Below are positions 1 through 14,272 of a stretch of DNA of 64,000 nt, one piece after another. The DNA is from Chrysomallon squamiferum (lineage: Eukaryota > Animalia > Mollusca). Location: the NCBI GenBank assembly GCA_012295275.1, contig CM022670.1, positions 5,890,001 through 5,954,000 of the forward strand, written 5' to 3'. The notes beneath the pieces are model-generated. The model saw only the letters and a program-made list of their open reading frames with translations, was not told the DNA's origin and did no database searches. The translations under genes were made by a program, and so were the position numbers. How positions within the stretch are numbered: position 1 is the first letter of the stretch; each line of letters begins with the position of its first letter.

Positions 1-629
1 GATGTGCTAAGAGTACAATGTATTTTGTTTGAGATATTTATGTTCACAGTTTATTTGATGATGATGATGATATTTTTTTTTCAGGCTGTTCAGTGATCTA
101 CATTTTCACGTTCAGTGTTTGAGGGCAATAACCCAACAGAGAACACTTTTAGAGGTTGTCCATCAAGTTTTAATCTTTTCACTAATTTTTACTGACCTTA
201 ATTTACCACGCTCTGTGTGTGATCATAATGGGCAGAAGTGTGGACAATAAGCTACGGAATTCAAAAAGTGTAAAACTACTTGATTAAATCACATCAATAG
301 TCTATTATACCAGTGTGATTAGTTAAAAATGTAGGAAATCATTTACAAATGGTGTGTTTTGTACTGGGTGTTACAAAGGTGTATCTTTGTTACAGGCTGA
401 GTTTTATTTTCTATTATCAGGTGTGTTACACATCATGGGTGGCTTTCTCATTAAAGATGAAAGGATTAACTTTCTCCCGCTGGACACGCTTCTGTAATTT
501 CATTCACTTACAACAAGTGATTCAGTCTACATTTGCACACTTCAGCGACTCTCAATGACATGACACAATATTTCCACATTATCCCATATGTACACTTTCT
601 TCTGATGGGATGTATCCAAGTATGTGAGT

Positions 630-674
630 GTATATGGATGTGATTGTGATTGTGTGTGAGAGTGATTGTGTGTG

Positions 675-709
<35 letters not shown>

Positions 710-795
710 TATGTGTGTGTGTGTGTGTGTGTATGTGTGTGTGTGGTATGTGTGTGTGTGTGTGTGTGGTATGTATGTGTGTGTGTGTGTGTGTT
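630..795. repeat. (TG)n microsatellite, representative of dozens of TG/CA, CT/GA, TA, ATT, CTA and poly-A/T tracts in the window
   Basis: Direct inspection. Other large tracts lie at ~14160-14300, 19480-19565, 23568-23648, 24290-24405, 30325-30393, 34575-34655, 51968-52058, 58220-58395 and 61470-61645. Confidence 0.9.
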
Positions 796-2884
796 AGTGT
801 GCTATATTTGAAGTCTTATGTATGACAGAAACTGCATAAAGTAAAGTAAAATTTATGTATACTGAAAAATAGATTAAAATTTAGATATGATCCTTAAAAC
901 AACCATTCACAGATACTCACATGTACAAATGAATATTTTCATTACAATATGATTATTCACCTAAGTACATACAGACACCCATGCACAAAATTAGTAAACT
1001 CACTTATATAAATGAATATTTGAATTACAATTTACTCCATATCTCAAGATGATTATGACTTGTTACTACTCAATAAGTTTATTTTCAGAGCTGAGTGAAA
1101 AAAGACATAGTGCAAATACCAACAGTACTAGAAACATAGAAACGTAATTATTTTAACTCTGGTTAATGTCTTTCAAATGAAGATGAGTTTTGCAGGTGTC
1201 AGTTCATTCAATCTGAAAATGTCTTTAACAGTGATGTGTATTAATTACCTTTGATGGCAATTACAGTCACACTCACTAATTCAAATAAAGGTTTGCATAT
1301 CTGTTTTAAACACTCAACAATTAAAAATAAATTTGGTTAACTTAAAATATTTTTTACAGAAAAAGTGGTTGTTTTAAAAGTGTGTTGTAAAATACAGACT
1401 AAACTTAAAGATGTTTATTTAATAAATATATTTATTTATTTCTATGTAAGCTGATGTAATTTTGAAGTGCAAACCGTTAGTTAATGTATTTTTGTGTGTA
1501 ATACTGTAGTAAATGTATTTTGTCCAAGATGTAGGTATATGCATTTAATGTTCAAACTGTAGCTTATGTAATTTTTATGTGCAAGTTTTATAATGTGTCT
1601 AACTGTTAAGTTTATGTTTTTGTAAACTGTTCTGAGTTTTACAGTGTGTATTCTTACATGAAGTTTTTACAAGAGAAAAAATATTACAGTTTATTTTATT
1701 ATTGTTTTTTTTTATTTACAAATGTGTTTTTTAGAATAACTTAGAATAAACTATTAGAAACTTTTAAACTTTTCCTGTTTCATCTTTTCTTGCTTTTTTT
1801 TAAATACAGTGCTTTATTTTTTAACAGTGTGTGTAATTTTTGTAAACCATTTCAGCATATGATTTTGACCATACACGTAACACTTTTAAAACACGTGGTT
1901 TTGACAAAGTAATTCTGTGTTTGCATGTGCAGCACCTGGTCAGTCGACAACCTTTGTGTTAGTTCAATTTACTTTGAGATGTCCTCAAACAAAAATACCT
2001 GATGATAATTCTACAATTCAACTCACCTCACCCAAATATAACATGACCATCTGTCAACCAATCACTTCACCTGGGGACAAAGGTCAAGCAGTGACCCCTG
2101 ACCTGGCCATGTGGTCATCTTGGTCTGGCATCATGACATTAAACAATTCACCCCCCCTCCCATATCAGATTCAATACAATTAACCCAAATACGATGGATT
2201 CAGGCTATAGACAGAAAGAGTAAATTACCTCTGCACAAATTATTTTTCTTTAATGATGATAATGTTTAAAAAGTACAGAAAACAATATTTAAACTAGTTG
2301 TATTCAGTGACAAACTTTTTTTTTTTTTTTTTTTTTTTTGAAACAGGAAAACATAATATTCTGTATGTTGAATTCTGTTTTCATTGTTAAAATTTATTTA
2401 TGGACAAACAGTGAACATACACACAGACAATTTAAACAATAAGTAGACATTATTTGGTTGAACTTTAATTTTAAAAACATGAGATTTTTACTGTGTCGTG
2501 TTGCAGTGGTTAACCTTCTGTTTTTCCAGGTTTGGATTACAAAGTTTGTTTTCCAATTTACAGAATTAACATATGGACTGCAGAGAGACAGACACACATC
2601 TCACTGACTACAAGTCAAATACTGAGAAAAGAAAGTTTAAAAAGTATTTGTGTTTGTCATCTAGCACAATCCTAAACCAACTCTCTGAAAACAGATCTTG
2701 AGTCAAAACAATCTTTAGTTAAACATTTGTGTGTGCGTTACAATCAGTGAGAAACACAAATATCTTCAAAACTGCCTATCATCAAAACCATCTGCAGGTT
2801 TCTTCTCTCATCATCATCAGCAGACTGCAGTAGGACAGGTCACATGGTCAGTGAACATCAGGCTATTTTAAACTTCAGTCATGT

Positions 2885-3040
2885 GATTTATCACAGGCTT
2901 TCATTTGTTTTCCTGCCTGTGGGAAGGTTCTTACAAGAGAATCTTTGCTGCCAAATTATGAATAGCTACTAAAAGGTGGCAGTCAGTTCCTTGCTTGTAT
3001 GATCATTATAGAGAAATAATGTATATACCAAATAATATTA
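2885..3040 (+). mobile_element. Degenerate SINE central-domain fragment (Meta-SINE-like)
   Basis: tcctgcctgtgggaaggttcttacaagagaatctttgctgc resembles, from memory, the TCCTGTCTGTGGGA.GGTGCATATAAAAGA.CCCTTGCTGCT core of molluscan tRNA-SINEs. Related copies occur at ~10020-10130 and ~62535-62630 on the minus strand. Confidence 0.45.
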
Positions 3041-3767
3041 ATATCAAAATGTCTTAGATAAATATTTTATTTATCCAGTGCATTAACTTCATAAAACAAA
3101 AATAAATCTAGTACACAGTAAAAATCATTTAAGAGGTACTAAAAACCTGATTTACTTATCAACTAAATCTTTAATATGTTATTCAACTAACAAAATTAAT
3201 AAAGTAGTGAACAAAACAATTTCCCTGAAATTATTGAACCATATTAACAAAATATCTTCAAATAAATTAGTTAAACTAGGCAAATTAAAAAATGATGAAA
3301 AAAGTAAATTGTGCAAAATTAAGCATATCTGTAATAACACACAAAAAAATAACTGCAGTGTAATTCAGTCAGCCATATTTTTATCTTCCATGCTGCATTT
3401 TAGAGCTTGCAGCAAACAGTAGATGTTTTCTTATCAAAACACTGAAAATAACAAATCTGACTGAAACCAACAGGCCTGAAAATTCTACAAACCTTGCCAA
3501 AGATGAAATGATGTAGAAAAATAAGTTTCCTATTTTACTAAATTTACATCTTGTATCTAATGGGTTTTAGTCCAGTCTGTAGCAGACTTTCTTCTGGTCA
3601 TTTAGATCATGCTTATCTAAACAGCTGATTAAACAAACATTACAGTCTAGTTGTGACTGAGTTTGTACTTTAATACAGCTGCATGTACTTCAGTTTGAAT
3701 TAGTAATAGTTTTATTACACTAATTAGTGTTAAACTGTATGTGCAAAACCTGATATGTTTCTACATC

Positions 3768-3960
3768 AACATTTTGTGTATCACTATATCAACAGAGCTA
3801 ACATATTTTGTGTTTCAGTGCATCAAATCAGCTAACACATTTTGTGTATCAGTATGTCAAAAGCACTAGCACATTCTGTGTATCAATACATCAACATATC
3901 TAGTACATTTTGTGCATCAGTATATTAACACTGCTAGCACATTTTGTGTATCAGTACACA
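3768..3960. repeat. Degenerate ~38-bp minisatellite
   Basis: About 5 units of acattttgtgtatcagtatatcaaca..gctagc. Confidence 0.75.
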
Positions 3961-4618
3961 ACCTAGCAATAAGCTATGCAAACACAGCAGAGTACAAATT
4001 GATGTCTGCTATGGTAATAAACACTCATTACATAACACACACCTCACTATGATGAGGCAAAAGTTCTTTAATCAACAACATGTTTGTTCATTTCTTAACA
4101 CTATCAGGTGAAAATATCAGACTCAATTAACACACTTATGATATGCTTGCTCAGACCAATATTGACTGAACAGGTCATCAGACTGACCAGGACATTTGTC
4201 CAGACCTTGATTATCACTGGTCAGCTAATTACAGCATCTAATGGCAGGTTTACATTCATAGATTGGCTGAATACATAGAAACTGCTCAGTGGACAAGTGG
4301 TTTTATAGCTAGGCTGGAACACGAAGAAGTGATGGTGATAAGTGGTAGATGGGGATTAGAATGCAAAATAATTAGAAACTGTAAATGTGTGTGAATCTGA
4401 TTGTGTGTGTTCTTAAGTATCTATTTCTGTGTCAATGGATGTGTTTATGTATATATTTATGTATTTCTGTATGTGCGTTTGCATATGTTTATGGGATTTT
4501 TTTTTGTGTGTATCTGTGTGTCTCTGTATGTGTTTATGTATGTATTTCCCTATCTGTGCATATATGTGTTTTTGCATGCACAGTTACTGTCAGAAGAAGA
4601 AGAAAAGACAACACTCAC

Positions 4619-4729
4619 CATTGCTGTGCAGGTTTCTGAAGAGCTGACTTGAACCTCGATTACGTGATGGAGTTTTTCTTAAAAAATATTCAACGTCACT
4701 TGTTGACAGCTTCATGCGACCAATACGTG
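4619..4729 (-). CDS. MICU3: MICU2/3-like, coding exon 3 (gene continues beyond the left edge)
   Basis: tttgtttgcag acceptor, 111 nt, phase 1/1, G|gtgagt donor. C+CA restores Pro, giving PRIGRMKLSTSDVEYFLRKTPSRNRGSSQLFRNLHSNG, which matches the TP....GS..LFR.L...G segment leading into the first EF-hand region of MICU2/3. I did not find the next exon in 1-4618. Confidence 0.88.
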
Positions 4730-4974
4730 CTGCAAACAAAATTATAAAACATAACAAAAAACTGCAATCATACATGATAATAAAGTAGCAATTACATAAT
4801 TCAGTGGTTCATGTTGAACTTTTTACATTATTTAAATTAGTAATAGTAACTGAATATAACATAAAAATACTAATTACCTAACTAAAGCAGACCAATTAAA
4901 GTTTTTTGATACTGAAGTGGAGAGTAAGCAGTACTTGTAATGTAGGTAGGTGTATTGTTGTGACAATTTATAAC

Positions 4975-5285
4975 AGTAGTAGCACAAGTGTAGTAATAGT
5001 AGTAGTATTAATGTAGTAGTAGTAGTAGTAGAAATATTACAAGAAGTTGTAATGGAGCAGCAGTAATAGTAATGATAGCATTAACAGTAGTGTTACTATT
5101 AGTAATGGTAGAAGTAACAATAGTAATGGTAGAGGTGGTAGTAATAGCAGTAGTAGTAGTAGTAACAGTAGCAGTGGCAACAGCAGTAGCAGTAGTAATA
5201 GTATTAGTAGTAATTGTAGTAGTAGTGATGATAATGATGGTGGTGGTGGTTGTAGCTGTAGGAGTAGTAGCAGCAGTAGTAGTAT
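4975..5285. repeat. Degenerate (GTA/GCA)n trinucleotide tract
   Basis: agtagtagt/gcagtagta runs that produce the spurious poly-T and poly-V ORFs. Confidence 0.85.
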
Positions 5286-6560
5286 TCAACAAAAAAAGGG
5301 GGAAAAAAAATAAAAATAATAATGCTGGACAAGGATTATGAAGATTAAAATCTGGTTAACCAAATCCTTGACATCTGCAGTTTTTCAAACTCAGAAAATA
5401 AACAACATTTTTATTCATTTGTTGAAAGCAAAATTTTACTACGTCTAAGCAAACTATAAAAATAGACTCTAATGGATGATATCATCAACAATTTATTTAA
5501 TTTCTTTAGCTGATATAAACAAATTGATTTTCAATTACTTTAAAACCAGGTATTAATGCACTTCAAAATGTTAAAACTGAACCTAGTGATTACTAAGTAA
5601 AACAGATCAAAACTGAACCTTTGTTTTTACAAGAAATGCTAATTAAATTTTTGTATCTGAATGTTGTGAACATTAGCAAACATGGACTCACACCCAAACT
5701 CAGTACCAGCAAACATTTTTGAAATTCTGACAGCAATATATTTAATAGCTACAAATATTGTATATATCTATAAAAATAAAAATAATAATAACAAATAAAT
5801 TTTTTTAAAGCATTTTCATTATATGCATAAACATTTCCTATTTTGATATTAAAATGAGAAATAAATTAAAAAAAAAAAAAAAAAAAAATGATGAAAATGA
5901 TGTGAAAAAAACTGATAAAATATTGTTGCGTGCATTGTAAAATTGTCTTAAAATTACAATACAGATATACCATCAAAGAAATAGAAAAAATAAAACTTTG
6001 TGTTGAATTCTCTGAAAATCCTGTAATCTCTGAAAATCTCTATCTTAACTCCCAGGTATTTCTCTGTATAATCTCACCTGAAGGTCAGACAGTTTTAACC
6101 AAAGTGACAACAAAGTCAGATTAGAAATAACTGCATCTCACCCAGACAAACCTCTAACTATAACTCTCTATTTAAAAACTTAAAACAAGTTTTTTTTAAA
6201 GCAAAAAAAAAAAAAAAAAAAAAATTTGTTGTTCTATAATTCCTATATGCTGAATGTGTTCTTGTTTATAGTACAACTAAAATAAACTAACTGAACTAGC
6301 TATTTGTTATAAGAGTAATATTTAAAGAAAATAAAACGAAAACACAGACATTTTCACTGCACTGAACACAGCTCAGCATTGTCACTGTTTATGTCTGAAA
6401 GGAGAGAACCTGTGTCTAACACTATCTTGGTGCAGTTCAAGGTAAAACACCTGTATGTTCTGAAGTGAAAACATCCCTCCTAGTTTGTTCATGACATTAT
6501 CATGATGAAAAAAAATATCCTTTTATAAAATGGAAGAATTATACCTCTTGTTCTGTCCCT

Positions 6561-6720
6561 GACAAAGTACAGATGAAAACACCCCTCTCAAACAGCACAG
6601 GACAAAGTACAGACAAACACACCCCTCTCACACACCAACTGACAAAGTACAGACAAAAACACCCCTCTCAAACAACCCTAACAAAGTACAGATAAAAACA
6701 CCCCTCTCAAACAACTCCTG
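6561..6720. repeat. ~40-bp minisatellite, 4 units
   Basis: gacaaagtacaga.aaaaacacccctctcaaaca repeated. Confidence 0.85.
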
Positions 6721-8201
6721 ACAGTGATACAGACAGACTGCCTGTGGAGACAGACGTGAAGTGTTGGGTTGTACAAGTGACTTGGTGCTCTGCAGTGTGT
6801 GTTTTCACTTTCCCCTCTCAAAGGTTGCTCTGTTTTACATTATAACCTTTCTACCTACCTGCTACCAATATCACTGGCTTGGTGTTGGGCCAATCTTCAC
6901 TGTTATCACTGGTGTATCTTATAAAACTCTCCATAAGCACACAAAACTACTTGGATAGATTTCAAAACCCAATATGATAATTACATTTTCTTCAAAGGCA
7001 AATAACTATCATCAACAATTAAAGAGACCTTTGAGAAATTAGCTCGCTAGCAGGTGTGTTTGTTTATTTCTCCTCTTCCACACTAACTAATATTAACCAA
7101 TCTTGTAAGATGATTAAAAACTTGGCAGACATTAGTTTTAAAACAGACAGTGGGACACTGGGATAATTATCAGAGAGATATCAAACTTTTTGTCACTACT
7201 CCACATCACACAAAAACACTGGTGTGAACAACCCATTTACCCACTGACACATAAATAAGTTTGTTACCCTCATCTGCTGAATCTCTTTATCTGCTGCACC
7301 TATCTCATCAAACATAAAACATCTGGCGTTTTTACTAAAACTTTTCTACCCTAGCCATATTCACAAACAAAAGTTAAGATTTGTTTTGAAATCATCAAAC
7401 TTTATTAACTTACTGTCAACAAGTGACAGATGTCTGGTACAAGTGTTACCGATACGACAGGAAGGACAACACATACCACTGACTTGACAACAACACACTG
7501 CAAACTAATGTTAAATCTATCAAATTCAAGTTTTCTTTGATTTTTCTTTTTGTCTTGTTTTTTTTATATTTTAAATTTTGTTTTCAATTTCTATTTTTAA
7601 TGTATTTATTTATTTATTTATGCTCATAATTATATTAAGAAACATTTTAAGTAACTTTGAAAGGTTTTTGGTAAGATGTTTTTTTTTTTCCTTTCTTCTT
7701 CTAGATTCAGAAATATCATTAGTAATATTTTAATTTATTTTTGGAATATATCAGGAATCTTCTCTATGACTTTCACCCTCATGCCTAAATTAAGAAACAT
7801 CAAATAATATTTAGCAATTTTTCTACAAAGCAGCCACAGTACTGAGATTTTAAACTGCCAGGCTGAGAGGCTGAAGAGACTGTTGACTTCTGTGATAAAC
7901 TCATCTTAAACTCAAGAGTAAAATCCACAATCTTCTTTCAGAATATGATAAATACAACTTGGCAAAAATAAATTTTGAAATATCTTGACATAGGTGATTT
8001 ACTTAAATATGTATATATTTTTAATATGTTTAATAAACCAGAAACATGTTTTAAAACAAATTTAGAAGGATGATGAAATCTCTTTTTCCAAAATAAATAA
8101 ATATATATATATATATTTAAAAAAAACAGAATTATTTAATAGACTGAAATCAAATATTTATATAAAACAGATTAATAACTAATAATTAAGTAAAAGATCA
8201 A

Positions 8202-8243
<42 letters not shown>

Positions 8244-9289
8244 GAAGGCTGAAAATCAGTTTATACAAACTAGGTATGAACTAAAAGCTGAATCTTGAAA
8301 CAAAATTTGGTATGGCTCTAGAAGAAATTTGTTTAAAATATAAAAAATAAAATAAAATAAAATAAAATAAAATAAAATCAACACTAATAAGTAGAAAATT
8401 ACAAACTGAAAATCAAAGAAGAGAAATTTGTTAAATTATTTGATAATTAAAACATTATCTGACTTAAATGAGCTACACCATCCTCTGACATCTCTCATTA
8501 TTATTCTCAATTGTTTGTTACAAGTGATGAGCCTGCTGTTACATATTTTCCTATTACATACACTTTCTTTGTTTTTAAATTATTTATTTATTTATTATTA
8601 CTATTAGTTTTGTTACAACAGTTTTACATTTTTATATGACATTACATATTAGTATTCTAACTGCCATGTTCTAGTAAATGTGTGTGAGGGTGTGTTTGTG
8701 AGTCTGTCCCCAGATTCATTACTGTTACAAATTACTTATCTTAAATGTTTTCTCCCTGAATCTAGCTACTTCCCTACACTTTGTTATTGATGTGTTCAAA
8801 GTGTGTCAGTGATGATAACAACTACAACATGCCCTAACTTGTAACACTTGATTGCATAGTGTCTAAATCTGTCACCTGTCCTCCATTTTATACCGGTGTA
8901 TAACAGACCCGGTTCAGTGAGTTAATACGTGACAGGATATTACAGGTAAGTGTAGGTATGTGATCTTATTATCAGTACTTCCCACACAACATCTCATTAT
9001 TCATCTTCAGAAACAAAACACAATGTTCTTGGTTTCGTTTTTTTTTTTTTTTTTAACTTTAAAATAAATATGTGATTATTTTTTTTCTCTCCCACTATGA
9101 AAACCCCACTGGATTAGTAGAACTGTAATGAGATTATTTTTATAATGAACTTAATACATGAACTTTAATTGCTTTATGAAGTTAATAAAACACTGAAAAC
9201 ATTATCATTTAAACATTTTTTATTTAGTAAGGGTTTAAAATAGGGTTACCATCGTTAGTAGTTAAGAATCTTTTATATGTATATCTAAC

Positions 9290-9590
9290 AGACAATGTAC
9301 TTATCTGTTTGTACAAAATGCTGATATATTTCCATAATAAACAGATAACAGATATGTGAATTTATTTATTTAATATACAAATATATTTCAATAATAGATA
9401 ATATATATATGTGTGTATTTATTTGTACAATATACTGATATATTTCCATATTAAACAAATACTATATATGTGTATTTACTTGCATAATATACTGATATAT
9501 TTCCCTAATAAACAGATGAGATACATTTCTATCTATTTCTACAATATACTGATGTATTTCCACAACAGAGTGATACTGTGTATGTACAAT
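9290..9590. repeat. Degenerate ~60-bp minisatellite
   Basis: atttgtacaatatactgatatatttcca..ataaacagat repeated about 5 times. Confidence 0.7.
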
Positions 9591-10019
9591 AACAAGTCAG
9601 TGTTACTGTAGACATTTCTCTAGTCTCAAGAGTCTGAGCTCACCAGGCAGAATGTTGTGTGTTACTTTCTTTAAACAAGATAACAGCTTGTTTTACAATG
9701 AAAATGTTTTCTTCAAGCACTCTATCCCTGTGAGTGGCAGAAGCCACATCTTGTTTCGACAATTCTTCAGTCCTAAGTAAACAAGTACACTTACCAAGTT
9801 ATGTGCATTTTCTTTGATTTGAGAATTTTCTCATAACTCAGCATGTCACACAATATAGACAATTCCTTCATACTTCTATCAAGTGTTAACTGTTACAATG
9901 AAACATTACTGTGGTAGAAATAGTGGTAGTAACCACTGCTGTAGTATAGTAGTAATATGAAATGACAGAATGAATGAGTGTCTGTTTAATATTATCATGT
10001 GTCTGTTATACATTCTATT

Positions 10020-10130
10020 CTACATGAAAACCTACTGCCACATCTCCACAGGCTGCTACTGATTAGCAGCAAAAGATATTTTATGTGTGCCTTACCACAG
10101 ACAGGAATGAATATATCATAAGGTTTGATA
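10020..10130 (-). mobile_element. Degenerate SINE central-domain fragment (Meta-SINE-like)
   Basis: The reverse complement reads ttcctgtctgtggtaaggcacacataaaatatcttttgctgctaatcagtagcagcc, similar to the copy at 2885-3040. Confidence 0.5.
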
Positions 10131-10144
10131 CAATATTATTATTA

Positions 10145-10200
<56 letters not shown>

Positions 10201-10833
10201 CAAAACAAAACAAAAATCATTCTGTATAAGTGAAAATATATGTATCTGGTAATGTCATTCATCAAAACTGCTAAAAAGTGCTAAATACCTAATCAAAAGT
10301 ACAATAAAAAACTTAAAACAGAGGGTTAAAAAAACAATTAGGTTTCGTTCTTTCTTTCAATGACATTTGATGAAGTAATAAAGCTGGGGATAAAAGTGAA
10401 CCCTGTCTGATCAAAGTGAGGGAGCTAAGGTTAGCTAGACTTGTCAGCTGCTAAATAAACAGCCGCTCAAACATTAACAGCTTCAAACAGACACCAAACC
10501 TGGCACTACTCCCAAACAACAATTAACTTTCACAGACCACAGTAGTAGGTTTATGATGAGTTGTCATGTAGTCTGTCTGTCTGTCAGACGTCTGCTAATT
10601 CATTTCCAAAACAGGTTGTTTTATTTCAACAGGTAATGAAGATGAAGCTCAGTGGTAGAGCATTTGTTTATTAAGGTCACAGTACATGACTTCTTATCCT
10701 TAGTCTAGGTGATGTTTCAGAAATCACATGCAACATGTTTTATTGTTGTTTTCTGGAGAGAGGTGGTTGAATTTAATTACGTATCTAGTTAATGAAGAGA
10801 AGCTGATGAAGTGCCAGTAGCCTCATCAAACCA

Positions 10834-10865
<32 letters not shown>

Positions 10866-12753
10866 TTATACAAGTCTGAAAATTTATTCATTCACTTATT
10901 CAGAATTATAAAACAAAGGAATAATTATTCTCAGATTTTTAAATGTAACAAAATCTTTCAAATTATAATCTGATTAAAAACATAACAAAATGTATAAAGA
11001 GATAATCAGTGAAGAATGTCTGCACACTTGTTTAACACACACACACTGGTTTAGTCTGTGTTAGTACGTAAAACACTTGATTCAGGTGTTCCTCTGTCTG
11101 CCTCATCATGAACAATTTACTTCGGCCACCACCACTCGTAAATTTATTCAGTCTGGGAATTGACCTTTTGCTGGCGAAACCTAACAGAGCTCTACCACAT
11201 CGATGTCTATACGTCCTGACAGAATATAACAACTTGTGCATTGCTGAGCAGAAAGAGCAAATGCTGTCTTATTTAAAGCTGTCTCTTGTTACCACACACT
11301 ACGTCACTGTCGGCAGCAGTGTTAGTTCTTTGTTTTTGTGAGGTCTTCAACGTGCTCCATGCAGAAAGGCAAAAAGCCACTTGTATCAGCAGAGAGCATT
11401 TTTCATTAAAGACAGTTTCTGGTACAATGCCATACTAGACAGTTGTTGTTGTTGCATCAAAGATGAGCTGTCCTGATTTACATCAAGTACAGAGCTGATG
11501 CACTTGACAACACTTGCAGGCAGAATAATTCAGTTATATCTTTTATATGACTGCTGATTAATATATTAATAGTTTATATTCAACACACTTTACCTGATTT
11601 CCCTTCTAAGAAAACTGTTAATTGTTTTACTGGGTCAGCTCTTTATTATGGACTAAATTATAAAAAAAATGTTTAAACGTCTTCAGTATAAATGTTTGTT
11701 TTTGAATTCAACTGAAATATGATAAATCTGAAGTGATTACAATGACTTTAATTAGTAATCCATTAGTTACATTCACTTGCATTTTAATTAATATGACATG
11801 AAAAAAAAAATTACTGTCAATAAAAATATGTGAAGTAAATTTTAAATTACTTTTAATGTCACACAGTGACAACTGAACTATTGCCAGTCAGATTGTAAAG
11901 TATGTCACATTTCCAGTACAGTCAAATGCATTCAAATACTGCCAAGATGACAGTTTAAAGCAAATCACAACTTGAATACTGCCCATGTGACATTGTAAAG
12001 TAAGTCACAATTTTGCTGTGTAAATATAACCATCTGGATTACTGCCAATGTCACAGTGTGCATTAGGTGTGGGAGTATTTAACTGTATTGATAAATCTTA
12101 CATTCTTATCAGGTAAGTTACACTAGCTGTTATCAGCAAACTTTACATTCATATCACGTTTAATTAACTATTTCAGTTAAGCTGAAAAGTAAAAAGAAAA
12201 GTAGGATGTCACTGTAGTTATTTTTTTGTACTGTATTCTGTATGTATCACTGTAACAAAAGAGTTGATATAAGAGTAAAGTATGACAGCTGAATCAACTT
12301 GCAAAGTGGTGACATTATAGTTTTATTGTTAATTGATAATTGTATATACTTGTACAACTTGTACATTATTGTAATAGTGACTTTATGGTTAGTTTCACTA
12401 CTGTTTTACATGTAATGCTAACTAATCCGCTGTAAGAAAAAGATGTCCCTGAAATTGTTGGAGTAATTATTAATCAGTTCAGTTTAGTTAGCTGAATTGT
12501 TATAGTTATTTCAGACAATATAAATTTACATACACTGTTAACAGAAAAAAAAATTATACTGCAATTATTTCCAAATTTCATAGTGTTAATAATAATAAGA
12601 AACAAATATGTAAATGACTAAAATAAAAATAAAAGAAAAGTAAAGTGAAGTAAAGTAAAAGTAAAAAAGTAAAAAAGTAAAAAGCAAAAAGTTTAAATAA
12701 AAGTAAAAGTGAAAGTAAAACGTAAAATAAATTAAATTAATAAAAAAACATAC

Positions 12754-12898
12754 GTCTTGGTGATTCCTCTGTGATTGATTCGAGGAAATCCTGGGGTGTC
12801 ATGTAGATAACATCATCATACTCAACAGATGCAAACTGCTGAAATCTCATCTCTCTAAACGTCATCTTAGGCAGATCTTTCTTCTTCTCCTTTCCACT
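12754..12898 (-). CDS. MICU3: MICU2/3-like, coding exon 2
   Basis: gttttgttacag acceptor, 145 nt, C|gtatgt donor. Translates to SGKEKKKDLPKMTFREMRFQQFASVEYDDVIYMTPQDFLESITEESPR. The RF..FAS.E....YMTP.DFL motif is the hallmark N-terminal block of MICU2/MICU3 proteins. This exon is not in the ORF track. Confidence 0.92.
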
Positions 12899-14220
12899 CT
12901 GTAACAAAACATACCTCTCTCTTACTTAATAATTAACTCATGGAATATATCTGATATAAGTAAAAAGTATTTAATACCTAGAACATAGCTATAAAAAAAA
13001 GACCAAAAAAACCTACAACCATCAGATTTTATATATGTCAATAAGTTTTCAACGAAACATTCATTAACAAAACAGTCAAATAAATACTTTTATGTATTAT
13101 TTTAACCTCTTCTGTTTTTATATTAATGCTATGTTGTCTACTTGATTACCAAAATTAAAAATGCTAATTTTTTAAAATTAATTTTCCTAAATTGCTTACT
13201 ACATTCAATGGACCACCAATGTTTGTTGTTTTCAATTTGCTTCTTTTCTGGGCTTTTTTTTTTTTTTTTTTTTTTTTTTGTGAAATAAATTTATTTTTCA
13301 TTGTTTCACCTGACCATGCATGTAACATTACAAACAACCTCAATGTTAACATTTCAAGTTGAGACAAATGAAATAAAAGAACTTCAAAAGGAGAGAATGC
13401 TAATTTGACAAGTTGAGTAAATTTGTTTGTGGCACAGATAAATGTAAGCTCACTATGCCTGCTTGTTCTGGAGGAAGACAAACAGGCGAAACACTTCCTT
13501 TATTTGTGAAGCATCATTTCCTGTCCAGCAATGTGTACATTTTTTATATTACTTTACTTTCAAATCCTGTCAGTAACCTTTAATAAAATATTTTAATTCA
13601 CTTTCTAAATATTAATACGAATATTAGTGTCTGGTTATACCTAGGAAACACAAGCTACTGGATGTTGATAAAAATAGTAAACAAACAACTTCATTAATGA
13701 GAGATATCATAACATTCTTAAATGCAACTACAAAATGTTGTTATAATGCAAAATCAATTCTAAAATGTTACTATTTTTAAATAAAACATCTATATTAAAG
13801 AATCTGGATCACTGTGCATTACTTATATTCATTTGTGTTGACATTTCAAATATCAAAAAATCTGTAAATGAATTACATTTGTAAAGATTTATCATTTTAA
13901 AAATAACCAAAGGGATTAAAATGATGATGATGATAAATGATAACTATAACACTGATGATTAATATTCCTGTAAATATATAAATTAATTCCTCTGTTACAT
14001 TAATATGATCAATATTTGGTTAAAGTGAAAACATGCTGAGAAAAAAGAAAAAGGTATTAGAAAAGTGTGACCTTGCTCTGTCTGGACTAAAAGGTAAGCA
14101 GGTGAACAAACCCACCAAGTACAGACTGGGCCAGTTATTATACAAACACTGGGGTATGTATATGTGTATGTGTGAGTGTGTGTGTGTCTATGTGTATGTA
14201 TGCATGCATGCATGTGTTTG

Positions 14221-14272
<52 letters not shown>

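Noticed and set aside
5008-5341. Mucin-like poly-Thr and poly-Val ORFs
   Set aside because: They come from a degenerate GTA trinucleotide tract inside a MICU intron. The same applies to the poly-L/I/Y/N/S/HT/CV/SL ORFs throughout the window.
10646-10700. tRNA-like AGCTCAGTGGTAGAGCA
   Set aside because: Only the D-arm/A-box is present, with no T-arm or acceptor stem. At most it is a SINE relic.
11090-11215. Possible mutually exclusive paralogue of MICU exon 3 (RCGRALL...GRSKLF versus RIGRMKL...GSSQLF)
   Set aside because: No AG acceptor lies in the required phase 1 for that frame, and the similarity is weak enough to be chance.
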